Assembly (NCBI GenBank): GCA_965198115.1
Contig: OZ240241.1
Span: 5,504,001 to 5,568,000 of the forward strand
Source: Candidatus Latescibacterota bacterium
GTDB lineage: Bacteria > Latescibacterota > UBA2968
Reading direction: 5' to 3'
Length of the DNA: 64,000 nt
The notes under the pieces were generated by a model. That model was not told the origin of the DNA, ran no database searches, and saw only the letters and a list, made by a program, of their open reading frames with translations. Shown in pieces: positions 22,913 to 34,332 of the stretch. Each line of letters begins with the position of its first letter. Within the stretch, counting starts at the first letter, position 1. Made by a program: the position numbers and the translations under genes.

Positions 22913-24174
22913 GTACTCCTGTTCTCAAATACGGTGACGTATTCTAAGCAGACTTTGCCAAGGGCGTATCGTAGAACCTGAGTTTGTCGATCATCTCCGC
23001 GAGATCTGTTCGTGTGAACTTCCATTTGAAGGGTGTGGCGATACGTCCGTAGCGTTCCTGAAAACCGAGGATTCTTGCCTCAAGCTCTTCGAGCGATGCA
23101 AATTCGATAGGTGTCAGAGCCTTGCGTTTGAGGATCGAGAAGTAGATCTCGATCTGATTGAGCCAGCTTGCGTGGATCGGAAGGTGAACGGGGTGGATGT
23201 TTGGCCACTTCCCCTGGATACGGTCGATGCATGTTTGCCCTCGGTGCGAGGAGCCATTATCCACGATGAGGTAGACTTTCTTTGCCGAGCAATAGGGTTT
23301 CCGGCTCATGATCAGGCTCAGGAGCCGGTTGAAGGGCTCGATACCCGAAGAAGACTCACAGAGACCGAAGATTCGACCATTGTGCACGTCGAGAGCAGCC
23401 AGATAGGCCAGGGCTCCTTTCCGCTCGTATTCGTGTTTCAACGCGTGCCGCTCTGTTCGAGGCTGGCGGTAGGGTAACGTGCTTGCGAGCTCGTGCTTGA
23501 ATACTGGTCTTTTCGTCGGCAGAAAGTACATATTCCCTCGGCCCTAAAGGCTTTCCTTGCCATTGGCGGTGATACAGATCAAGGACTCTACCTGCTTTGG
23601 TTTGGAAGTCCGGGTCCCGTGGGAAAATCCAGGAGCGATGATACCAAGGACGAATCGCGTCCTCGTTCAACCAGCGCCAGACAGTGGCGCCGCTGATCTT
23701 GGCAACGAAGCCCCTTTGCACTGCCTCGGCGGCAATCTCGGAACAGCTGAACCGCGAGAGCGGTATCCCGCTCTCGCTCGGTAGTTCACACGCCAGCGCC
23801 TTGATCTGAACGACCACCTGAGGGGGGAAAACCGGGCGGGCGCCCGGGACGAGATCTATCTTCGAGTCCCGAAAGACGCTCTTCGAAAAAGCGCTTACGC
23901 CATTTGCTTACGATCGGACGCGGGACATCCAACCGTTGGGCGATACTCTTGTTGGATAATCCCTCGGCGGCGAGAAGCACGATTTTCGATCGGATCACTT
24001 GATAATACGGTAACGTATATTGTCCAGCCATTCGCTCGAGGTCGACCCGTTCCTTCTCAGACAGTAGCACCACATAAGGCGAACGTCTTGGCATTGTTCT
24101 CCTCCTTTTGAAGGAGAACATAAGCTACAAATAATGTTCAAGACATACGTAATAATATTTATGAAACCATGCAC
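22913..24174 (-). mobile_element. IS630-family element, copy 1 (extra T at ~23435 breaks the DDE ORF)
   Basis: Near-identical to 46779-48039; ends GT...AC, flanked by TAA at 22910-22912 and 24175-24177. Confidence 0.93.
22944..24094 (-). pseudogene. IS630 transposase (HTH orfA + DDE orfB), additionally frameshifted
   Basis: orfA MPRRSP...WRKRF...LEDRSRPGRP; orfB SADEKT, IVDN...H, HASWLNQIE; gtgtttcaacg here vs gtgttcaacg in copy 2. Confidence 0.88.
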
Positions 24175-24227
24175 TAAGGTTGATACCGAGCGAGCGTAGT
24201 GATAACAGTCACCGTATCTCAAACCTG

Positions 24228-25617
24228 GGTGAGGTCCCTATCCTAGTTGAAACTTAAAGGGCTCCAAACTTACGTTGTGGGTAGACGTGTGAGAGCGTGT
24301 ACCCGTAAGAAAGGAGCCCACGATGGAGAAGCTATTTGCAGGGGATGGCGAAGTCAAGGTTGGGTCAGACGTTATGGATTTGGAGACGCGTTTATCGGTG
24401 ATCCGGGCGCTGATTCCGCTGGGTCTGGAGGCCGTTGCCGACGTGCTCCAGCAGGAGGTGGAGCAGCTCGCAGGCGTTCGGTATGCGCGTAAGGGTTCAG
24501 AGCAGTCGCATCGTCGATGGGGAAGCCAGAAAGGGTCCGTGTATCTGATGGACCAGAAGCTGCCGGTGGCCGTTCCCCGTGTGCGCGACGTCGAGTCCGA
24601 TACGGAGGTTTCTCTGGCCGCATACCGGGGGATGCAGAGGCCCAGAGCGATGGATGAGAAGCTGTGCTGCTTCGTGTGCTCAAGGGAATCTCCTGTCGCA
24701 ACTACAGAGCCTGTGCAGAGTCGGTACCCGAAGCGTTCGGAATTTCGGCATCCTCCGTCTCGCGACGGTTCATCAAAGCCACCGCAAAGAAGCTGAAGCA
24801 GTTCCAGGAACGACCGCTCGACGACTACGACTTGGTCGCCCTGTTCATCGACGGAAAGAGCTTTGCCGACGAAGAGATCGTGATCGCTCCGGGCGTCACG
24901 ACGGACGGCCAGAAGATCCCCCTGGGCTTCGTCGAATCGGCGACGGAGAACGAACGGATCTGCCGTCAGCTGATCCAGGATCTCATCCGGAGAGGCCTGT
25001 GCTACGACCAGGGCCTTCTCGTTGTGCTGGACGGCTCAAAGGGACTCCGCAGTGCCGTCACCAAAGCCCTCAAAGGGGATGTGTGCGTGCATCGCTGTCA
25101 GTGGCACAAGCGCGAGAACGTCGTCAGCTACCTCCCGGAGGCAGAACGTCCAAGAGTTCGACGGAAACTTCAGAAAGCCTATGACTGCGACACCTACGAG
25201 GAGGCAAAGGCCGCACTCGAATCACTCAAACCCGAACTCAAGCTGATGAATCAGTCTGCCGTGGCAAGCCTCGAGGAAGGACTGGAGGAAACCCTGACCC
25301 TCCACCGGCTGGGGATGCTCCCGTTCTTGAAGCGAAGCTTCCGAACCACCAATTGCATCGAGGCGCTCAACAGCATGACCGGCAACCTGATACGGAAGGT
25401 CAACCGCTGGAACAACTCTCCTCAGCGACACAGATGGGTCGCGGCCGCACTCCTCGACATCGAACCACGCCTGCGACGCGTGAGCGGATACAAACACCTC
25501 CCGCTGCTCAGGCAAGCACTGAAAAACAACCTGAATCTCGGCGACAATCAAGATGCTCGGCAGAGAGCATGAATACCACGGAGCCCGATGAGTTTCAACT
25601 GACTATGGGACTTGACC
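24228..25617 (+). mobile_element. IS256-family element
   Basis: 27-bp imperfect IRs (24228-24254 vs revcomp of 25591-25617, 19/27 match); no target duplication visible. Confidence 0.85.
24323..25572 (+). pseudogene. IS256/Mutator-family transposase, frameshifted near 24663
   Basis: VPRVRD, LFIDG, VLDGSKGL, HRCQWHKRENV, RTTNCIEALN; start codon uncertain. Confidence 0.85.
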
Positions 25618-25720
25618 ACGAATGGTTGCCTCTCAATGTCTGGAAAATGATGTTGAGCATGGAGATGGGCCCCTTCCCCTGGCGGCCTGAACCTGATAAT
25701 GAGGCGACACAATAAGGAGC

Positions 25721-27705
25721 CGATGGCATCTCCGCCCAACACGGACGACTGGATCAACAACCTGCTGCCGCTGCCGCGGGAGGTTTCGATCGCCACCTGG
25801 GTCTCCTACGCGCCAGCTGCGGTTTCCGTGCGCACGCGACCGGAGGCAGCTGATGTCGAGCTGCAGGCCGCCGCAGAACTGCGCCAGCTCTTTGTCGACA
25901 AGGCGGGCGCCGAACCAAACGGCGACGACTTCGAGATCCTGCTCGGCGTGGTGGACGCTGACGGCATCCTCGACGCTACTGCTGTCGACACCCGTCCCCT
26001 GCGGGATGTGCCCAACCGCGAGCAGGCCTACCTGATCCAGCCCGATGGGAACGCAAGGCTCGTGCTCGCAGCCCTCGACGGGCACGGCGTCTACTACGCG
26101 GCGCAGACGCTGACCCAGCTCCTCGAGAGGACCGTGTCGAGCGACAGCGTCTCCATACCCCTAGCCACGATCCGCGACTGGCCCGACATCGAAGAGCGCG
26201 GGCTGTGGAACTTCCCCGATGTCGCCGAGTGGATCCCGTGGATGGCGTCACTCAAGCTCAACTACGGCAAAATGGCCGACACGCGTCTGACCACCGTCGA
26301 GCGCGGCCAGCCGAACAACGCCACCATCGACGTCGACCTCATGCGCTCGGCAGCGCGGCGCGCCTTCAATTACGTACCCTACATCCTGCATCTCAACTTC
26401 CTCCACGACGTCGGCCTGTTCCGCGCGTATCCTGAACTGGCCGGAAAGGGAGACGGCGCCCTGGCCGGCCGCTACTTCGCGCACAAACAGGGCAACCAGC
26501 ATCGCGTGCCGTGTCCGTCGCAACCGAAGCTGGTCGAGATCCTCACCGAGTTGATGGAGTCCATCGCCGCGCAGGGGGCGCACGAGATCAGCTGCTGGCT
26601 GAGCGAGCGCCCGGCACAGTGCGGCTGCCCGGCGTGCACCGCGGTCGGTCAGTTCGTACTCGAGGCGCGTTCGTTCACCGCGGCGTGGCGCAAGGCACAG
26701 GAGCGGTTCCCAGAGCTGCAGATCCGGCTGTTCCTGTCAACGACGACGTCGGAGCGCGATCATCAGGTGGTGGCCGAGGCGCCGCCGGACGTCAAGATCG
26801 AGCGGGCCTGTGCCGGCTGGCTCGAACGCTTCCCACACCATCCCCGCGACCTGATCGCCAATCCACTTCTCGATCGTTCCGCCGCCGAAGGCCGCTGGGT
26901 CGCCTCCTACGACGTGCCGATCGGCGCGTTCGGTCGTGTCGACACCCCCGAGTACAAACTGCCCGAGCGCTCGGCCCATCGCATCCGCAACTATGTGGAG
27001 CAGCTGATCGCCCGGCGCTACAACGGCGCCTACGGCATGCTGGCGTGGCAGGCGTTCGCTCGAGAGATATGCGGCTTCAACATCGCCGCACTGGCCGAAT
27101 GGTCGTGGAACGGCGGCGGCCGCGACGAGGAGGCGTTTGCCACGGCCTGGGCACGTCGCAGCGGCTATGACGACCCCGAACGCGTGGGACGCTGGGCCGC
27201 ATTGATCGGACCAATCGAGTTCGACGTCTACGACTCCGACTTCCCGTTCTGCTACTCGTGGGGTCAGGCGATCGAGATGGTGGACCGGCGAGATCGTCCG
27301 GTCCTCGGTGAGGGGATGTTCCGATATTACGCGAGCACCGAAGACTTCGAGCACAAGAAAGCGGTCTGCACCGAAGCCCTCGAACTCGTATCCGATGAAT
27401 CGTACGCCGACCTCGCCCACGAAACTCAGGTCGTGCGCACCTACATCGGCCTGACTGAAGGCATCTGCCGCGTCGCCGAACTGGTTGCCGCCGTCGATCT
27501 CACTGATGCACCCGCTCAGACGCAGCTGCTGGAAGCGGTGATGACACTGGAACGCGCCGGCGCCGACAACACAGCCGCCATCCGCACGTGGCGAAACGGG
27601 CTGGGCCCCGAGCCGTGGCACTACCGCGTGCACGACGCGATTCAGGGAACGGAGCACACCGTAGCGGAGATTGCCCGTATCGTCCGCGAGCGACATCTAC
27701 ATTGA
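25721..27705 (+). CDS. Putative glycoside hydrolase with N-terminal GH20 domain-2-like fold
   Basis: LLPLPRE, EQAYLI, DGHGVYYAAQTLTQLL, IRDWPDIEERGLW; RBS aaggag before ATG 25721. Confidence 0.65.
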
Positions 27706-27805
27706 AGATGGATGATGTGAGAATAGTATCGTCGACAGATTACCCTCAAGGCCTCTCAATTCTCACACGTTTTATGTTCACATCTACTATGCCTAGGAGA
27801 ACCCC

Positions 27806-28897
27806 TTGCTAATATTCGACGGCGACTACCCGATGGCCTACGGTGCGCTCGACCTGAACCGGGACTTGACGCTTCCGTTGGACGAAGTGCGCGCAGCCGA
27901 ATCCGACCCGGCGAACGTCCCGTTTGCGTGCCTGCCCGAGATGCGCAAGGGCGGCGTTTACTGCGCCCTGATGAAGATCACGGCCCGCCGCCAGCGGGAA
28001 AGCAGTATCCTTCCGGGGTATCGTGGCAAAGAAGCGGCGCACGGCGCTGCAAAAGGGAACCTGGCGTTCTACCGGGCGCTGGAATCTACGGGCGAGGGTG
28101 TTGTCATCACGACGGGAAAGCAGCTCGATCACCTGGCCGAGCAATGGGAGCAAACCGACAACCGCGCCGAACTCCCTGTCGGTCTGTTGATCGGCCTGGA
28201 GGGGGCCGACCCGATTCTGACGCCGGACCAGGTGCACGATTGGTTCGCAGACGGCGTGCGCGTGGTCAGCCTCACGCACTACGACACGAGCCGGTACGCG
28301 CACGGGACGGGCACGGGCACAGAGGGTGGGTTGATGGCGCCGGGGCCGGAACTGCTGCGCGAGATGACTAGCTGCGGCATGCTGCTCGACACGACGCACA
28401 TCGCAGATCGCAGCTTCTGGGAAGCGCTCGAGCATTATCAGGGGCCTGTCCTGGCGAGTCACCAGAACTGCCGCGCCCTCGCGCCCGGTGAGCGCCAGTT
28501 CGACGACGATCAGCTGCGAGCGGTGATCGAAAGGGATGGCGTCATCGGCGCGTCGATAGATACCTGGATGCTGCGGGAGAAGCAGGACATCGACTGGGCG
28601 TCGACCGCATCCTACTCGCGCCGGGACTATTTCACCCGCGACGAAGTCACGCTCGAGCATATCGCCAACCACGTGGACCACGTCTGTCAGTTGGCCGGAA
28701 ACGCCCTACACGCGGCAATCGGCGGCGACACCGACGGTCAGGGAGGCGTCGACGGCGCGCCGTTCGAGATCGACACCGTAGCCGACTACCAGCAGATCGC
28801 GCAGATCCTAGAAAGACGCGGCTACAGCGATGAAGACGTGGCCAACGTGATGCACCGCAACTGGCACCGTTTCTACACGACCTATTTGCCCAACTGA
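27806..28897 (+). CDS. Membrane dipeptidase (M19) family protein
   Basis: GLEGAD, SLTHY, LDTTH, ASHQN, NHVDH, IGGDTDG. Confidence 0.85.
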   Translation: MLIFDGDYPMAYGALDLNRDLTLPLDEVRAAESDPANVPFACLPEMRKGGVYCALMKITARRQRESSILPGYRGKEAAHGAAKGNLAFYRALESTGEGVVITTGKQLDHLAEQWEQTDNRAELPVGLLIGLEGADPILTPDQVHDWFADGVRVVSLTHYDTSRYAHGTGTGTEGGLMAPGPELLREMTSCGMLLDTTHIADRSFWEALEHYQGPVLASHQNCRALAPGERQFDDDQLRAVIERDGVIGASIDTWMLREKQDIDWASTASYSRRDYFTRDEVTLEHIANHVDHVCQLAGNALHAAIGGDTDGQGGVDGAPFEIDTVADYQQIAQILERRGYSDEDVANVMHRNWHRFYTTYLPN

Positions 28898-29072
28898 ACG
28901 CGAGCGCGTGGACCTGGCGATCGACGGCAGTTATCAGATCAAAAGAGATTGCAGCAAGCCATTCACAGCGAATCGCCAATCACCTGGGATGGCCGACGAT
29001 TGCTTTGCGTCGTGAAGGACTGAGGGCATTCCGGCGGCGACAGAGAATCAGGATCAGGGAGAGAGAACCCAC

Positions 29073-30692
29073 GTGAATGAGAGCAGGAAAGCAGCCCGCT
29101 GGCGCAGGCGGCGGATAATCTACAACAACGACGGTGATGACGTGAAGGAGGCGCAAAATCGCCACGACGTCCACTGGCAGCTTATGGTGCGGAGTGGGGG
29201 CGAGCTGATCGATGATTTTCTCCAAGCACGTACCACATCGCTGGTGGACACCCAGGTTGACAGCATCTGGTATTCTACCTGCACGGCCGGCCTCCTGTTC
29301 ACGCACCACACAGAACTGGGTGGGTATTGCGGCAAAGGGATCTCACAGGAGCTCATCGACACCTACGGGCGCGACAATCTCCAGATTCAGGTGGACTACG
29401 CTCACGAGAACAACCTGGAGGTCTTCTGGTCATTACGCATGAACGACACCCACGACGCCCATCCGAAAGGCTACCGCAGCAACTACTGCGGGGTGGCACC
29501 CTTCAAAACGGAAAATCCGCACTATCTGTTGGGAGAGGCAGACGATTGGTACAAGTACCCCGGTGAACCGCGACAATGGTGGACTTCTCTCGATTTCACT
29601 TATCCAGAGGTTCGTGAGCACATATTCTCGTTGATTGAGGAGGTGTGCAGGGGATACGACGTCGATGGCGTCGAGTTGGACTTCCTTCGCCATCCCACGT
29701 TCTTTCCGCCTACTCTGGATGGAAATCCAGTGGATCCGGACCAAGTGGAGATGATGACCGACCTCGTACGGCGTATACGAAAGATGGCCGATGAGGTGGA
29801 ACGAGAACGAGGGCGTCCCCTATTGCTGGCAGTGCGCACGCCGTTTGCACTCGCAGACGCGCTATTCGTTGGCCTGGATCTGCAACAGTGGCTCGCGGAA
29901 GATCTCATCGATGTGCTGATAGCGGGCGGGCTCTTCGAGCGGATCATGACCGAGCCGCTGCAGGAGGTCGTGGAGCTGGGACACGAGTTTGAGGTCCCGG
30001 TGTACCCTTGTGTCGGGTGGCCATTCTGGCACTACTGGGCTTTTCTGGATCTGGGAGCGGGCGAACACCGGACCCGCGGTTCGTGGGTGGAAACCCTGTA
30101 TGGCGGTCACCCTAACGACATCGACAAGCAGTGTTACATCGTCGCTTGGAATGCTTGGAAGGGATCCGCGGCGGCGTGGCGTGGGGCCGCGATGAATGCG
30201 TGGAACGCTCGTGCGGACGGGATCTATGTGTTCAACGGTTTCCACAGTACGCCAATCGAAAGGTGGCGGGAGATCGGTGATCCCAAAACGCTGGCGAACA
30301 AGGAAAAGGTGTTCGGCGTGGATCGGTTCCCTGGCGAGTCCAACCTCTCAAAACCGGGAGAGCTGGAACTGAAACCGAGGCAACCCGTCACCGCCCACTT
30401 TCAGATTGGCGAGGATGTAGCATCGGGAAACGTCTCCGGGTTGCGCTTTCGTCTTCACCTGTGGGACTTTTCAGACGATGACGAGATCGAAGTGAAGCTC
30501 AACGGTGGCTCCCTCGATGACCTAAGACGGGCCGGATTACCCCAGACATCGACGTCGGGGCAATGGTTGGAATGCCGGCTGAATCCCGAACAGGTCAAAA
30601 GAGGCGAGAATAAAGTTGAACTGATGGTGAGTAAGCGGGATGCTGCAATGACCACGCCCCTTGTCGTGGATGCTGTGCAATTGCACGTTTAG
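29073..30692 (+). CDS. GHL10/DUF187-like TIM-barrel putative glycoside hydrolase, paralog A
   Basis: RRIIYNNDG, SLRMNDTHD, LDFTYPEVR, YDVDGVELDFLRH, ADGIYVFN. Confidence 0.75.
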   Translation: MNESRKAARWRRRRIIYNNDGDDVKEAQNRHDVHWQLMVRSGGELIDDFLQARTTSLVDTQVDSIWYSTCTAGLLFTHHTELGGYCGKGISQELIDTYGRDNLQIQVDYAHENNLEVFWSLRMNDTHDAHPKGYRSNYCGVAPFKTENPHYLLGEADDWYKYPGEPRQWWTSLDFTYPEVREHIFSLIEEVCRGYDVDGVELDFLRHPTFFPPTLDGNPVDPDQVEMMTDLVRRIRKMADEVERERGRPLLLAVRTPFALADALFVGLDLQQWLAEDLIDVLIAGGLFERIMTEPLQEVVELGHEFEVPVYPCVGWPFWHYWAFLDLGAGEHRTRGSWVETLYGGHPNDIDKQCYIVAWNAWKGSAAAWRGAAMNAWNARADGIYVFNGFHSTPIERWREIGDPKTLANKEKVFGVDRFPGESNLSKPGELELKPRQPVTAHFQIGEDVASGNVSGLRFRLHLWDFSDDDEIEVKLNGGSLDDLRRAGLPQTSTSGQWLECRLNPEQVKRGENKVELMVSKRDAAMTTPLVVDAVQLHV

Positions 30693-30724
30693 CCGGCGTC
30701 TTTCAGAATCAGAAAGGAAACCAT

Positions 30725-31501
30725 ATGCCTCCCGACATCACCGACTACGGCAACTCCTACGTCCGTTGGACCGGCAGGCGCTCCGCCGACGACAAGCGCA
30801 AACCCGGACATATGCCTGGGGACAACACCGTGCGCATCCTTCTCGACTCGCGTTGCTGGATCACGGATGCATCCGGAGAGACGCGTGAGTACAACATGAT
30901 TTCTCCATGCCGCACGGAGTGGATGTACCGCACAGACGTTCTGTGGCAGCAGCCCAATTACGAATTCGCCGGCATATACTCCGCCACCGAGTGGATGGCC
31001 GGACACATCAGGGCCGGCGACGTGCAGGAATTCGGCGGCGACTGGCGGGTGGCTCGCAAGATCGACGATCTTTTCCGCGAGCTCCGAACCGATGTCAAAC
31101 ACCATCAAGAAGTCGAGGAACTGGAAAACGACGAGCAGGTTGTCAAGGCAACGCTGACTTCCGACCCGGTCGTTGCCCGCACGGAAGTGTGGAGTTCAGA
31201 CGAGAGCACGCGAGCCGTCATCGAGTACCCGATCAAGACCATGAACGTACAACTCGACCGGCGTCGCTTCCAGGTCGACACCGGTCCCCTCATCTACCCG
31301 GATCTCGATGCCGACGAAGAGAGCGAGATCAAGAAGCTCCACTTCGCGTTCGTCTGCTTCAATGTCAACGACGTCGCCGAGTTCATCCTTCGCGGCCCGA
31401 CACCGGTGATGCGCGACGACGAGCAGGTCGGAACTTACATCGACTATTCGAACGTCCGCCGGGTACCGATCAAGAACACCTTCTACGCAGCACGGCGGTA
31501 G
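30725..31501 (+). CDS. Hypothetical protein
   Basis: 258-aa ORF, RBS gaaagga, host-like codon usage; no motif recognised. Confidence 0.75.
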   Translation: MPPDITDYGNSYVRWTGRRSADDKRKPGHMPGDNTVRILLDSRCWITDASGETREYNMISPCRTEWMYRTDVLWQQPNYEFAGIYSATEWMAGHIRAGDVQEFGGDWRVARKIDDLFRELRTDVKHHQEVEELENDEQVVKATLTSDPVVARTEVWSSDESTRAVIEYPIKTMNVQLDRRRFQVDTGPLIYPDLDADEESEIKKLHFAFVCFNVNDVAEFILRGPTPVMRDDEQVGTYIDYSNVRRVPIKNTFYAARR

Positions 31502-31658
31502 CGATCAGCCTCCTGTCTACGACAGCCGCGAAGCAGAAGGTGCTGGCAGCGGATATCTACGAGTGGACATTTCGACGTGAACCTTGGAACAAAAGAAGAG
31601 AAAACCAAAGTGGAGCGTCGGGCCCGTTTGCTCGCATAAGTGCCACTAGGGGAAAAGG

Positions 31659-32428
31659 ATGCGATCTATTGAGCTGGCCGTCCGCTACGGCCGGGAGATT
31701 GCAGATCCAGGGGTAGAATCGCACGAGGCGAATCTGCGCTACGGCGAACTCAGCTGGCGCCTGCCAGTGGCGGAAACCGCGCTGGTGCTCGTCGATTGCT
31801 GGGAATATTTCCCTCTGGAGAGTTTTGTCGCGCGCGCCGCAGAGATCTGCGAGATGAAGATCCGGCCCGTGCTCGCAGCGTGCCGCGGGTTGGGGGTTAC
31901 CGTCGTCCACGCGCCGAGCCCGAATTGGGCAGCTAACTATCCCGAGTTTTTCATTATCGGCTCGAGCCCCAGAGCGCGCCCCACACAGCGGCCACCAACG
32001 ACTGGCCGCCACCGATCGACGAGGCCCTTGCCGTGCCCAGGACGGATGCGGAGCCGGTCTATAAAGCGTGGTGGGAAAGCGCCTTTCCCGACGACTTGCA
32101 CATCTCCCCGCATCTCGCACCTGCGGGTGATGACATCGTGTTGTCAACCGGCGAGGGGTTGCACGCTCTGTGCCGCGAGCGCCGGATCAGGCACCTGGTA
32201 TACGCGGGTTTCGCGACCAATATCTGCGTGCTCTTTCGCGACTACGGCGTGCGCGCGATGGGCCAGATGGGCTACAATATCCTCTTTATCCGCGATGCAA
32301 CGACCGGGGTGGAAGCGAGCGAGACGGTCGGCGATCTGGGGGCGACCCGGGCGGCCGTTTTCTTTATCGAGACCAAGGTCGGCGTAAGCACGACCGCCGA
32401 AGCGTTTGTCGAAGCTTGCCGTTCTTAA
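31659..32428 (+). pseudogene. Isochorismatase-like cysteine hydrolase, frameshifted at ~31980-32030
   Basis: ETALVLVDCW and VVHAPS in ORF 31659; YAGFATNICV...RDATT in ORF 32033. Confidence 0.8.
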
Positions 32429-32522
32429 ATTCCCTATCCCCTGATTCCCTACTCGCTCCCCTAAACCTTCATCTGCGACTCTGTTCAGGCAACGCCGGGT
32501 AGAAGCTGGCGACCCGCCTCTC

Positions 32523-34136
32523 TCAATAACGCACAGAGAGTTGAACGCAATCCAGCACCAGCGGCGCTTGAGCTGCTGCGTCCCGTCGTTCCAACAGCAC
32601 CTCGACCTGATTCTCACCTCGCCTGACCTGTTCCGGCTTCAGCCCACATTCCAGCCAGCGTCCGCTCGACCCGGCCTGCGGCTCACCCCGCACCAGATCG
32701 TTCAGCAAGGCCCCGTTGAGTTTTACCGGCATCTTGTCATCCGCCATCAGATCCCAGAGGTGCAGACGAAAACGCAGCTTCGAAATTGTGTTCGAGCCAA
32801 GATCTTCACCCACCTGAAAGTGTAGCCCGAGCGGCTCCCCCTGCTGGACTTCCACCTCGATCATCTTCTCGAAGCTCGAGTCCCCGCCGAAGTGATCGAT
32901 CCCGTATAGCTTGTCCTTGCCTGCCATCGATTCGGGGTCGCCGATCTCCCGCCATATCTCGGGCTCGCCCAACGCCGGATTGAAGATGTAGATCCCGTCG
33001 GCACCGGCATTGAACATGTTCGTGGCGGCGGCGCGCCACGCTGCCCGGGTGCCTTCCCACCCGTTGATGACTGGGATATACGACGGCTTGCCCAGGCGAT
33101 CCGGTTGCCCACCGTAGAGGGTTTCCAGCCACAAGGTGCGGTTCCTCTGCGTGCCCTTGGAATGACCGAGGAAAGCCCAGTGGACCCAGAAAGCCCAGTC
33201 GATGCAGGGATACACCGGCACATCGTGCCGGTGCCCCAGTGCGACGATATCCGCAAACGACTCCGTCATGCACGATTCACTGCCGCCGCCGGGGATCAGC
33301 AGGTCTAGGAGGTCCTCCCCGAGCCATTGCTCCAGATCGACGCCGATGAAACGCGCATCCGCCGTGTTGAACGGTGTCCGCGCCGCCACGAGCAGCGGGC
33401 GCCCTCTCTTCGCGCCCACCTCGTCGGCCACATTCCGGACACGCCGCACCAGATCGGTCATCATATCCAGGTGCTGCGGTTCTACCGGACGCATCTCACG
33501 CGTTGGACGGAAATACGGGTAGTGTCGGAAAAAGTCCATCTCCATCCCGTCCACATCGTAGTTGTGCGCCACCTCTGCGATGATCGAAAAAACGTGGTCT
33601 CGCACCTCCGGGAAGCTGTAGTCGAGGGCCGTCCACGGTCCGCTCTCCGTGTCCTCCGGCTCCCCCATGAGGAATTCCGGATGGTCGCGCTTGAAGGGCG
33701 CCAGACCGTAGTCCCAGCGCCGTGCACCCGGAGGGTAAGAATCGTGGCCATCGTTCATGCGCAGCGACCAGAACGACTCCATGCCGTGCGCGTGGCTGAA
33801 GTCGGTCTGGATCTGCAGGGTGTCGCGCTCGTACTGCTCGACAAGCTCCAGCGGCATCTCCTTGTCATAGAAGCCGCCCAATTTCGTGTGGTGCGAGAAA
33901 ATGAGCCCGGCCATGCAGCTTGCGTACCAGTTGCTGTCCACCTGTGAGCCGATCAACGGCGTGCTCCGCGCATCGAGGAAATCATCGATGAGCTCACCCG
34001 CCGTGCGCACAGCCAGACTCTCAGCGACGTCGTGGTCGTGTGCCATGCCCGAGCGCGCGTAGATGGCATCGTCACCATCGTTGTTGTAGATGATGCGGCG
34101 TTTACGCCAGCGCGCTTTCTTTCTCGCTTCGCTCAT
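32523..34136 (-). CDS. GHL10/DUF187-like putative glycoside hydrolase, paralog B
   Basis: Same motifs as 29073-30692 (RRIIYNNDG, SLRMNDGHD, YDVDGMEMDFFRH); RBS aaggagg. Confidence 0.75.
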   Translation of the reverse strand: MSEARKKARWRKRRIIYNNDGDDAIYARSGMAHDHDVAESLAVRTAGELIDDFLDARSTPLIGSQVDSNWYASCMAGLIFSHHTKLGGFYDKEMPLELVEQYERDTLQIQTDFSHAHGMESFWSLRMNDGHDSYPPGARRWDYGLAPFKRDHPEFLMGEPEDTESGPWTALDYSFPEVRDHVFSIIAEVAHNYDVDGMEMDFFRHYPYFRPTREMRPVEPQHLDMMTDLVRRVRNVADEVGAKRGRPLLVAARTPFNTADARFIGVDLEQWLGEDLLDLLIPGGGSESCMTESFADIVALGHRHDVPVYPCIDWAFWVHWAFLGHSKGTQRNRTLWLETLYGGQPDRLGKPSYIPVINGWEGTRAAWRAAATNMFNAGADGIYIFNPALGEPEIWREIGDPESMAGKDKLYGIDHFGGDSSFEKMIEVEVQQGEPLGLHFQVGEDLGSNTISKLRFRLHLWDLMADDKMPVKLNGALLNDLVRGEPQAGSSGRWLECGLKPEQVRRGENQVEVLLERRDAAAQAPLVLDCVQLSVRY

Positions 34137-34332
34137 CACATGCCTCCTTGAAGACCCGTATGGCGGTTGGCCTGTCGGCTGCTCTACCCGGACTGCATTC
34201 ATCCTTTCCAGATCTGCTCCGCTGCAGCATGCTTCTCTGCTGAGATATGTACTCGATCGTGTGAACAGCGCGGGCGCGACCACGCCCGGGTATCTGGGTA
34301 GGGGTAGGCAGCACGCCCATCACGTTCCAAGG

